Source of the DNA: Macrostomum lignano
Taxonomy: Eukaryota
NCBI GenBank assembly: GCA_002269645.1
Contig: NIVC01004450.1
Span: 1-45,542 of the forward strand
Direction: 5' to 3'
DNA length: 45,542 nt
Program-made: the position numbers and the translations under genes
In this document: positions 12,173 to 21,292 of the stretch, in pieces
Numbering within the stretch: position 1 is the stretch's first letter
How the letters are laid out: each line of letters opens with the position of its first letter
Notes under the pieces: generated by a model
Databases searched by the model: none
The model's input: the letters and a program-made list of their open reading frames with translations, nothing else
Told to the model about the DNA's origin: nothing

Positions 12173-12824
12173 ATGAAGCGATCACGTCAGCAGGAATTGG
12201 CCGAGCGCTATGTTAAACAAGGTAAGATAATCACCTACTCTAGTTCAGTTTTCTTTTTTAGATTGACTGTTCGCTATAGTTTAGTTTCTAGATTGATTGT
12301 TAGTTCGGTTTCTGTTTAGACCGATCCTCTGTTTGTTCAGTCTCTAGATTGATTGTCTGCTAGTTCGGTTTCTGTTTAGACTAATACTCTGCTAGTTCAG
12401 AATTTCTAGATTGATTGTCTGCTAGTTCGGTTTCTGTTTAGACTGATTCTCTGCTAGTTCAGTTTCTATATACATTGTATACATGCACCTATACCAAATT
12501 TCCCTCATCTTATCCATTATTATAGCATTCAAGAATGGTTTCTTCACGCGGCCACCTCCAGATCAGTGCAAACGCATTTGCCACGACACCACCACATCCA
12601 ATTCTGCTGCAAGAGCATCATATTCTACATCTCTCGCCAGAGTAACCTCGATTCATGTCGAGAGACAGACAACTGAGCTAGATCGCATTTACACAAGAAC
12701 TGATGTTATTCAGTCAATTAGGCAGCAATCGAACCCACGACCAACTGACCAACTGCAGTATGCACCACCACCACCATCACCAACCAGCTACAATGACCCA
12801 CCCAACAAAGCAAACTTGCAGTAA
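12173..12824 (+). CDS. Putative spliced ORF of unknown function (exons 12173-12221 and 12526-12824, ~115 aa)
   Basis: ATG at 12173, donor CAAG|GTAAGA, polypyrimidine acceptor TTATAG|CA at 12525. Phase 1 matches on both sides, giving MKRSRQQELAERYVKQAFKNGFF... Confidence 0.45.
12240..12470. repeat. ~60-bp degenerate tandem repeat within putative intron
   Basis: Recurrent CTAGATTGATTG(TCTG)CTAGTTCGGTTTCTGTTTAGAC units. Confidence 0.75.
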
Positions 12825-13294
12825 GCCTACAAGTACCAAACCAACGACAGCAACTGAAACACCATCATCATCAATTGCCATTTCTACCCAAGTTCAACCG
12901 CTGCTAAACTCGCCAATTATTGTACAGAAGGACATCAAGTCTGTAAAAGTCTCTCAAATGAGCACAGGCTTCTACCAAGTAGAATTAGCAAAGACCTGTA
13001 ATACAACTCAAGTATTTGAATATTGGGACCTATCTTAAAAAGACATTTTTTCTAACTCTTCATAAAATTTTGCCAGCAATGTGTCCAAGTAATTGCTCTT
13101 TTAGTATATATCAAACAAGTCTGTAATCAATAATATAATCTCTATAAATTCATTATTCTAAAAAATTCTTTCAATTTTATTCACCATTCATTGAAATTAT
13201 TTAATTCAATAAAAAGTCAATATCTTGTACAGTCATCATTAAACAAAAATTATTAATCCATGCAAATAATTTTTTTTTCATACGTTTCTTTAGC

Positions 13295-14190
13295 CATGGT
13301 CTGGCTTTTGCCTCAACAGTATGATTTAGCTGTGGTCCAGCTTTTGCCTCAACAGTATGATTTAGCTGTGGTCCAGCTTTTGCCTCAACAGTATGATTTA
13401 GCTGTGGTCCAGCTTTTGCCTCAACAGTATGATTTAGCTGTGGTCCAGCTTTTGCCTCAACAGTATGATTTAGCTGTGGTCCAGCTTTTGCCTCAACAGT
13501 ATGATTTAGCTGTGGTCCAGCTTTTGCCTCAACAGTATGATTTAGCTGTGGTCCAGCTTTTGCCTCAACAGTATGATTTAGCTGTGGTCCAGCTTTTGCC
13601 CAACAGTTTTTAGCCGTGGTCCGGCTTTTTTGCCTCAGCAGTATGATTTAGCTGTGGTCTAGCTTAAAACTGCATCAACAGTGATTTAGCTATAGTCCAG
13701 GCTTAACTACCTCAACGATGATTTAGCTATAGTCAAGGCTTAACTGTCTCAACAGTAATTTTAGCTGTTGTCCAGACTTAACTGCCTCAACAGTGATTTT
13801 AGCTGTGGTCCAGGCAACTGTCTCAACAGGGATTTAGCTGTAGTCCGATTAGCTTAACTGTCCAGTTATTTAGCTGTGAGCCAAGCAGCAGCACCCGTCT
13901 CAACAGTGAGAATTAGCTATGGTCAGCTTTACCTCAACTGTGATTTGGCTGCTGTGGTCTAGCATAACTGACTCAACAGTAATTTTAGCTGTAGTCGTCC
14001 AGCTTAACCACCCGTCCAGTTTTATAACCATGGTCCAGCTTAACCACCGTCTCAACGTACAGCGATTTAGTCGTGGTCCAGCTTAACCGTCTCAACGTAC
14101 AGTGATTTAGCCATGGGTCTAGTAGCAATTAACCGTATCAATAGTGATTTAGCCGTGGTCCAGCTTAACTGTCTCAACACAGTAATTTAG
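13295..14190. repeat. 36-bp minisatellite inside the Maverick, perfect then decaying
   Basis: About 8 near-perfect copies of CAGTATGATTTAGCTGTGGTCCAGCTTTTGCCTCAA (13317-13600), followed by progressively diverged copies to ~14190. Confidence 0.95.
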
Positions 14191-14816
14191 CTTAGTCCAA
14201 ACAGCATTTGTGTGTCAACTGCACTGACTGCATGCGGTTATAGCAGCGGCAGTCATTATAGTCCCAACAAGCTGCGCGTCGCAGCATGATAGTGTAACTC
14301 TATATAGCTTCTGCTCAATATAGGACTGCAAAAGCTGAGTTACAACTATACCTTTTTCTGTTTGAAAAGTAACACTCTATATATAGGTTACTCAAGCAAT
14401 CTCTTGTCACCGTGCGAGCTAAAAAATTCCAACATGCAAGCAAAACTTTCAATAAATTAATTTCATAGCACCGCGTGCAGCTTATTTTTACTCTAAAATC
14501 CAAGATTGCTAATTTTTCAAGTCGCAAAATATTTTAATTACATTCTACTTGAGAACAAAACCAATCTAATGAAGCAGCAACCAGCAGTCTTCTTATTAAA
14601 CGCTTGCCATCGTGTTACTCTTGCAAATTTATAACTAGTGTGCCTAAGATTCATTAATTTTATTGTATAAAATATCAACCTACATTTGCGTAAAATTAGA
14701 CCTAATCATGCAACCCACCCTAGAAACTTATGCCACCTTTGGCACGCAACAATGTCTTAATCAGCACGCAACAATTAAATTTGTTTACTAGTTCACAAAC
14801 AGCATGCAATGCTTGC

Positions 14817-14824
14817 TATAAATA
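14817..14824 (+). promoter_or_regulatory. Canonical TATA box candidate upstream of the SSB-like gene
   Basis: TATAAATA 85 nt upstream of ATG 14902. Confidence 0.4.
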
Positions 14825-14901
14825 CAAGACCCGAAATGTCAATTTTTCATGAGCTCAATCATTACAGCAAAAGAAATACTATATTCAATTGCTTGTAAGA
14901 C

Positions 14902-16100
14902 ATGGCAGCTTGCATCAAGACGGAGTCAATTGTACGCTCCGACTCGAGTCCGATTTTTTACGTTGGAGAGCAGTCTACAACCACGACTGGTTCGTCCTGC
15001 CAGTTTCGATCTATTGCGTGGAAACCATCAATCGAGTGTACAAAATGGTACCCAATTATATTGCAAACCAAGGCTCCAATGGAGCTTTTTCGTGGAATCG
15101 CAGAAAGGCCAGAGCTCGATCATCCGTCTTGCAGACACGACTCTCGCGACGCAGTAAGTGTCCAATTTCATCCAGACAGCTGCGATAAGGAACTCTTCCA
15201 CTCTCTCCGGTGAGCACCATATTAAATTTATACAATTAATTTTAGGAAACTATATTCATAATTTATATAATGTTTTGCAGTCAAGTCGAAAAAGGTCTAT
15301 CGGTCAAGTTGAACGAGATTCAAGATGCTCGACCCTTGGCACGACTAACAAAACCAGCTCATCAGCATGCTAACGACGTCCTCGAGTTTGTGCCTCAACA
15401 ATGGCTGGCTATAAAGCCTGCTTACCCTTGTGCCACAATCAGGATCAGCAACGATCATCCACACGGGAAGGAGGTGTCCATTTCCGATTTCAAAGGTGTC
15501 AGCGGTACCTACCAAATGACAGTGCAAGCAACGAGCTTGTATTGTCCAAAAGGCTGCCTCGTCTGGCGCATTACATTCGCTGTGCGCTCTCTGACACTCA
15601 TAGAATCTTCCGACAACATGTTGCAGCGCCTCGACATGTTCAAGGGAGTGCTTGCACACCTACCCGCGACCAAGTCAGCAATTAGAAGCAGGAGTCCGTC
15701 CCCAACATCTACCTGTGAGCAAGAAGAAGCAAATGAACAAAGCCTGCAGAATTCAAGCCAGGTGACACCTGCCAAGTCACCTGCAAAGCGTCGGTCTACC
15801 ACCACCGTATCGAAGAAGTCGACTACATCGAATGCAGCGCCAGCCTCTATTGAACCGCCGCCTAAAAAGCAAGTTCGAAAACGCAGCGGTGCAAAACAGC
15901 AAAACAATTCTGCCGAAGCTGGTGCAGATGGCACAGACTGGGTGGAGGCTCCACCAGCAAAGATCTTGGTGAGTACACCTGCCTCTGGAACCAGGGTAGC
16001 GTCCAAGGAGACAGCATTTTTAAAGCGTGCTGCTGCGGACGCTACTACAGCTAGCGTGTCTTCATCGGACGACTCGTACAGCAGCTCTGATGATGAGTAA
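14902..16100 (+). CDS. Spliced 375-aa protein, candidate OB-fold ssDNA-binding protein (exons 14902-15209 and 15281-16100)
   Basis: 71-nt intron CG|GTGAGC...TTTTGCAG|T with matching phase 2. PIILQT..M..FRG and GTYQMTVQATSLY...WRITF patterns recall T7 gp2.5/NCLDV-type SSBs. Basic linker and acidic tail SSSDDSYSSSDDE. Gene structure is well supported; the function is inference. Confidence 0.6.
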
Positions 16101-16310
16101 CAAAATTTTTGACTAATTTTATCCAAGTTTTAACTAACTTATTCCACTATATTTATCAAATTTTTGGCTAGGGAAATATTATTTTTTAGGGAAAAGCTCA
16201 AAACATTTTTTGCTACTCCTTGTACGCTAACCAGGTTTTGTAATTTAATATTAGAATTTACGATAGTATAGTCATGTTTAACTTTTCTTATTATTTATTT
16301 TCCGTTTTAG

Positions 16311-16868
16311 CGACTTGTCCTATTAATAGTTACTGCGAGTCTGAAGCTGCACCCGTTTGAAAAATTTGATTTAAAGCAGACCAAACAGAAGCTACAGACC
16401 AGAAACCGGTTTTGCAAACTATTCCTAAGCCGACCAACAATGCTAAAGACAATTTATTCAAATGCTAAAATCCAACTTTATCCAGCAGGAAAACTAACTA
16501 TATATGGCTGTAAATCAAATTCTCAGATAGTCTCAGTTTTACGATTTATCAACGACACTATTAATTGTGTAGATTTTGATTCAGTAAAAATTCAGAGCAG
16601 TACCTATGTCGGCTTTATTGGTCATCTTTGGCCAAAATTCGGTTTCTCTAGTCTAAAAAGATATGCAGGCTACTATTCGAATTATCTGGTTGGATACGAT
16701 GCAGAAAATTTCCCACAAGCAGTTTCTGTTAGATCAGCATCAAAACCAAGGCTTTTTTGTAACATATTTTTTTCGAAAAAGTTTGTTATTATGGGCGTTC
16801 AAAACACTCATGAATTGAATAATATTCTTAACCATGTCAAGGATTTTTTAATCTCTGTTAATAACTAA
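16311..16868 (+). CDS. Divergent TATA-binding-protein (TBP)-like protein, full two-repeat core; 5' exon not identified
   Basis: Frame is open from the splice acceptor TTTTAG|CGA at 16311. Repeat 1: LIVTASLKL..KFDLKQ...AKIQLYPAGKLTIYGCKS (TBP: NIVSTVNL..KLDLKT...TTALIFSSGKMVCTGAKS). Repeat 2: KIQSSTYVG...YDAENFPQ...KPRLFCNIFFSKKFVIMG (TBP: KIQNMVGS...YEPELFPG...KPRIVLLIFVSGKVVLTG). Confidence 0.8.
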   Translation, partial: RLVLLIVTASLKLHPFEKFDLKQTKQKLQTRNRFCKLFLSRPTMLKTIYSNAKIQLYPAGKLTIYGCKSNSQIVSVLRFINDTINCVDFDSVKIQSSTYVGFIGHLWPKFGFSSLKRYAGYYSNYLVGYDAENFPQAVSVRSASKPRLFCNIFFSKKFVIMGVQNTHELNNILNHVKDFLISVNN

Positions 16869-17090
16869 ACTTAACAAGTAAACAATTGCTGTCAAATCGC
16901 AGTTGCGATGCATTCTTTTACAAACATTTTGTCTTTTTTTTTTATTTACCAATTGTTTTCTCTAATAGTAAACGTGTCAGCTATACCTATAACTAACCAA
17001 ATCATCATTTTTCTTACAGCCGCAAATGACAAACCGGATCATCTATTAATATTATGCTCGATACGCTCGTTGTCGAGCTAGGTGCACACA

Positions 17091-18152
17091 ATGCCGCGTG
17101 CACAATGCCAAATCTGCAGAAAAAAGTTCAGTAATCAAGCCGAGCTGCATGCTCACTCGCATGGTGCTTGTTTTTCACCGCAACGATTACTGACCGGATC
17201 GCTGCAAAACCTGATCGAAAACCCACCAGATGGGTGGTCCATCGCTTTGCGCGAGTCAGCTCATCGTGGTCGGGTAAATTTTGTCGAATTTACTCCCACT
17301 CTTGAACAACAAGGCAACAGCTCTGGCGAGTTACTTCCTGGCGAGTTGATTGCGTCTTTAAGAGAACCAATATTTAAAATATTGGAAAAAATTGGCTCAC
17401 CCAGTTTATTAATAAGAGTCTGCTTTCACTTGAAAGTGACACTATTTCGACCGAAAACAGCAGCAGACGACAACGATGGCTCGAGCAGCGAAGAGATCAT
17501 TTCGGTCTATTTTAATACCAACATTGCGACAATATCATTTGATGAGACGATTGCAAACAGTGACATGCTGTTATCTCCCGAGGCCTACAATGACTGGTTC
17601 GCACGCGTTATTAATCAGTTGTTAATAAAAATTGACAATTTTCAATCTCGAGGTAGTAATTGGCAATATAGAGCAATCGAGCAGCTAGACTTGATGCTCT
17701 GCGTTTATCGCAAAAGCCATGCAAGCACACTGTCAACAAATACGTCCCACGGTGGTGTGGGGGCGGGCGGCGGCAGTGGTGGTGGTGGCGGCGGTGGTGG
17801 TGGTGGTGGTGGCGGCGGTGGTGGTGGTGGTGGTCGGCGGCGGCGGCGGCGGCGGCGGGCGCGGGGAGTCCGGTCCAGTCCGGTCCGGTCCAGTCCGGTC
17901 CGGTCTGGTTAAGCAGCAATCGTTTAAAGTTCCAGTCTCAATCGGTCGCAAAGCTGGAGCAGTACTGCTTCTAAAGCCGCACAGAGCAGTTTAAAGCATC
18001 AAGACTATTTAAGAGTCTTACACAAGCGACAACTTGTGTTTTCGCGCATGCAGTCCATTCGTTCTCGAAAACAGAAAGTTTTTTTTGATGCAACAAAGAA
18101 AACTTGCACTAAGCTTCTTCGATACGAAGCGATCCTGGACAAGTTCAATTAA
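17091..18152 (+). pseudogene. Protein-primed DNA polymerase B remnant: N-terminus fused to extreme C-terminus
   Basis: C2H2 finger CQICRKKF...HAHSH and the Maverick pPolB N-terminal motif F.SRGSNW...I..L.L. After a microsatellite, a shifted frame (~17965-18152) reads SKAAQSSLKHQDYLRVL...SIRSRKQKVF, resembling the pPolB C-terminal tail. No exonuclease or polymerase motifs lie between. Confidence 0.7.
17752..17907. repeat. Compound GGT/GGC, CGG and GTCCG/GTCCA microsatellite
   Basis: (GGY)n, then (CGG)n, then pentamer repeats, seen directly. Confidence 0.9.
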
Positions 18153-18481
18153 TTCGCTACCCTTTGGACACTGGCACTTGGCTAATTAATTAACAATATG
18201 CTCTGATCTCTTTTGTTGTACAAAGTAATAGCATGCTATAGAAGACTGTAACCCATCATTAATTTTTTCATTGATCATTATTTACAATAAATAAATGATA
18301 CCGGCATTCGTTTAAATTATAATTTTAGCACTTTTTTGTGTTTAATTATTTGAAAAAGTATATTTTTTATAGTTAGATTCTCAAGACTAAGCTTGTGTTT
18401 GTAGTAGACGTAAATGTAGTGCTATCGTTCATGTTTCAAGAAAAAAAACTTTTTTTTAAACTTTCAGCTACAAGAATCGAC

Positions 18482-18964
18482 ATGAATCCCGAGCAGCAGC
18501 AGCAACAACAACTAACTGATCGTAAGCTTTTAGTTGAACGTCTATACGATTCGGCAACGATTCCGACCCGAAAAACTGTCGGGTCGATCGGGTATGATCT
18601 TTGCGCTGGCGTCGATGGTACCATTCCGGCCTACGAGTCCCGGAGTGTGCGAACCGGACTCAAAATTCGCTTACCGCCTGGTACCTATGGCAGGATAGCG
18701 GGACGTTCCAGCATGGCTCTGCACAGCTTATTTGTTGGCGGTGGCGTAATCGACCCCGACTATACTGGTGAAATCTGTATAGTCTTGTTTAATTACAGTC
18801 CGGAAGACTTTGAGTACTATGCCGGGCTCAGTATTGCACAACTGGTTCTGGAGCAGGCCGTGCTTGCTTCAGTCTATGTGACTGAAGCAGACAATTCGAT
18901 TCGGATGATTGAGCCGCCGACCAAGCGGCGCGGCTTTGGCGGCTTTGGCAGCACTGGCCAATAA
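18482..18964 (+). CDS. dut: dUTPase (trimeric type)
   Basis: All five motifs: GYDL, GRIAGRSS, GVIDPDYTGEI, IAQLV, RRGFGGFGSTG. Likely ATG at 18482; the ORF caller used an upstream GTG. Confidence 0.95.
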   Translation: MNPEQQQQQQLTDRKLLVERLYDSATIPTRKTVGSIGYDLCAGVDGTIPAYESRSVRTGLKIRLPPGTYGRIAGRSSMALHSLFVGGGVIDPDYTGEICIVLFNYSPEDFEYYAGLSIAQLVLEQAVLASVYVTEADNSIRMIEPPTKRRGFGGFGSTGQ

Positions 18965-19055
18965 GTATAATAATAATAATAAACTGATTTTTTTCTTTGG
19001 TGATTGGTGCACTATGCGAGAGCTTTGTAAATACTATAAGCAATTTTAAAAATTT

Positions 19056-19499
19056 ATGCCTAAAATATATGTTGTAAAAATGTCTCCAGCGAAAGATCGA
19101 GGTTTTAAAAAGAAAAAGAAGAGCATTCGTAAAAAGAAGAAATCTATTAGAAAGATTAATAAAAAGCAACAAGGTTATGGTGTCGTAAATTGGTTAATTA
19201 ATCATTTACCATTTGAAGCACATTTACCCGGCGGATATCAGTTTTGTGGTCCAGGTACGCAACTGCAAGCTAGGCTAGCAAAAGGACAACGAGGAATTAA
19301 TCGGCTTGACAATTTGTGCATGCTTCACGACGTGGCCTATGATAAAAATTCTGACGTGCAAGAGAGGTTAAAAGCTGATAAGCTATTAGAATCTGGTGCA
19401 CGAGAGATTGCCCACGATCCGTCTACTGGTTGGAAAGAAAAACTAGCTGCGAAGTTGGTTACCAAGGTTATGCAAGTTAAGCAACGCCTTATTGCTTGA
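19056..19499 (+). CDS. Parvovirus-VP1u-type phospholipase A2 virion protein (PLA2X-like)
   Basis: HLPGGYQFCGPGT calcium loop and LDNLCMLHDVAY catalytic HD. Lys-rich N-terminus followed by QQGYG. Confidence 0.9.
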   Translation: MPKIYVVKMSPAKDRGFKKKKKSIRKKKKSIRKINKKQQGYGVVNWLINHLPFEAHLPGGYQFCGPGTQLQARLAKGQRGINRLDNLCMLHDVAYDKNSDVQERLKADKLLESGAREIAHDPSTGWKEKLAAKLVTKVMQVKQRLIA

Positions 19500-20211
19500 A
19501 AATGCAGCAGCCATACAATATGCAACTAGCTCACGATTCTACATTTATTATGCTGGACCTTCAAACTCGGGTAAAACTGAATGGACGTTGCGTTTGTTGA
19601 CTGAACGAAAAGAATTATTTGATAAAAAACCGTGCCGTCTTGTTTGGTGCCATGGATCAAGTTTGAAACCAGACGATCAACAACGAATTAGAACATGCTG
19701 GCAAAAAAGCGGTCTTGACCCTATTGTTTTTGTACCCGAATTCACACCACAGATGATTAATCGTTTTTTACCACACGATTTGGTTGTTGTTGACGACTTG
19801 CAAAGCGAGATTGCTAAGTTGCCAGAATTTACTAGTATGTTTACAAAGCATGCGCATCATATCCCTTTGACTTGTCTGTACCTTTGTCAAGGTCTTTTTA
19901 ACAAGTCTGATCCAGAAGCACGCATGCGAAGTTTATCAGCTAGTTATATTTGTCTAACTCGTAGTGTGCGCGATCGAACCACAGTTGAACATCTCGGTCG
20001 ACAAATGTATCCGCGTAATAGTAGGTTTCTAGTGAATGTGTATGAAGACGCAACAAATAACAAACCTTTTTCATATTTATTCATTGACCTGCGGCAAGTG
20101 ACACCAGATTTTTTACGATTGAGAACAGGAATATTTCTGGTGATGAACAAGTTGTCTATACTCGTGAATGTGATGCAAAGTTTGTGTAATATTATTATAA
20201 GCAAATTATAA
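19492..20211 (+). CDS. FtsK/A32-like DNA packaging ATPase
   Basis: Walker A GPSNSGKT, Walker B VVVDDL, and C-terminal KPFSYLFIDL...RLRTGIF typical of Maverick ATPases. No in-frame ATG before Walker A. Confidence 0.92.
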   Translation: MLENAAAIQYATSSRFYIYYAGPSNSGKTEWTLRLLTERKELFDKKPCRLVWCHGSSLKPDDQQRIRTCWQKSGLDPIVFVPEFTPQMINRFLPHDLVVVDDLQSEIAKLPEFTSMFTKHAHHIPLTCLYLCQGLFNKSDPEARMRSLSASYICLTRSVRDRTTVEHLGRQMYPRNSRFLVNVYEDATNNKPFSYLFIDLRQVTPDFLRLRTGIFLVMNKLSILVNVMQSLCNIIISKL

Positions 20212-20246
20212 ACTGTTGTCAATATTAGTTTGTGTTTTATTTCAAA

Positions 20247-21236
20247 ATGAGTTTTTACGTTTTTTTGCCGTCAAACGATATCAGTTACGAAACCAACTCG
20301 CCTAATGAATTTCGAGTGCGACTAACTGAACCAATAAATTTATTGAACGGATTCTTCGAGGTTGCACTAGTTGAATTACTGTGCCATGGAGCAATTACGA
20401 CGCCAAATGCTCATCGTGAGCGTCGATTTGAAGTTCCATATTTTGCGGACATTGACTCAATAATACGATTAAAGAAAAACTATTGGGGTCGTGTTTGGGC
20501 AGAGGCAGACTTGGATGCTTACGTTTCCTGGCAACCGTCTGGTACAGATGAAAAATTTGCCTGGCTTTTACGAAATTCAGGCGAAAAAACTATTGGATTA
20601 GAACTACCAGTTACATTTATGGACGCTTTCAAATTTGACTCTTGGAAGAAACTTTCTGGACTTGTCTCGGAAAAATTATCAAAACCTGCCGCTGGTAGTG
20701 TACAACCACCGGATGGTTCATACTTGGATTTGATAAAAAGTCTCGACAATACTCTAGCGCTAGTACCTGAGAACTATTATGTTTTTTATTGTGTTCTATC
20801 GCCTGGTGAAGCTATACGACTTGTTTCGCATGGAGACTATCTTCGAAAAACGGAAGGAGAAGTGTACATCAAAGTACACCAATATTGGTTGAGAAATCGT
20901 GTTTGGCGCATTAACAAAACCTACTTGGATGCTGTGCTACCTTCTCCGATGCCTAGTAAAACGGTTTACATGTACTGTTACACAGATATAATCGAGTATC
21001 AAGCAGTGGGAAGTACATCAGTACCGTTGCTTCGAGTTGTGGAACTCCAACAAAAGAAAAACGGAGAACTTATACGCGATAGCAGTGCATTGCAAACACC
21101 CTACTACTTGAAAACAAATCGACAACAAATTCACGAGATTTCGATTCGACTATCGGACCAGCGCGGAAAACCGTTTAATTTTGATCCGGGAGCACACGTT
21201 GTTGTCGTACTGCATTTTAAACATAGGTCGGACTAA
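20247..21236 (+). CDS. Minor capsid protein (penton, single jelly-roll)
   Basis: N-terminal MSFYVFLPSN...FRVRL..PI.L...FEVALVE and C-terminal YCYTDIIEYQ.VG....PLLR...ISIRL.DQ.G..F.F....VVVVLHF match Maverick pentons. Confidence 0.88.
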   Translation: MSFYVFLPSNDISYETNSPNEFRVRLTEPINLLNGFFEVALVELLCHGAITTPNAHRERRFEVPYFADIDSIIRLKKNYWGRVWAEADLDAYVSWQPSGTDEKFAWLLRNSGEKTIGLELPVTFMDAFKFDSWKKLSGLVSEKLSKPAAGSVQPPDGSYLDLIKSLDNTLALVPENYYVFYCVLSPGEAIRLVSHGDYLRKTEGEVYIKVHQYWLRNRVWRINKTYLDAVLPSPMPSKTVYMYCYTDIIEYQAVGSTSVPLLRVVELQQKKNGELIRDSSALQTPYYLKTNRQQIHEISIRLSDQRGKPFNFDPGAHVVVVLHFKHRSD

Positions 21237-21292
21237 TTTATAAGCAAAGATTAATTGTGTAATAGAAAATTTTGTGAATTTGTTTTGTAAGA

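Noticed and set aside
13260-13613. QQYDLAVVQLLP repeat protein
   Set aside because: It is the perfect part of a 36-bp minisatellite whose diverged copies break the frame; no independent coding evidence.
15509-16126. 205-aa antisense ORF and similar shadow ORFs over OGDH, otopetrin and the transposase
   Set aside because: These are antisense or alternate-frame shadows of better-supported genes.
16096-16311. Splicing of the SSB-like ORF into the TBP-like exon as a fusion
   Set aside because: The GA|GTAACA donor is phase 2 while the TBP-like acceptor is phase 0; joining them gives a stop within five codons.
17719-17994. Gly/Val/Arg/His-rich ORFs on both strands
   Set aside because: Produced by the GGY/CGG microsatellite.
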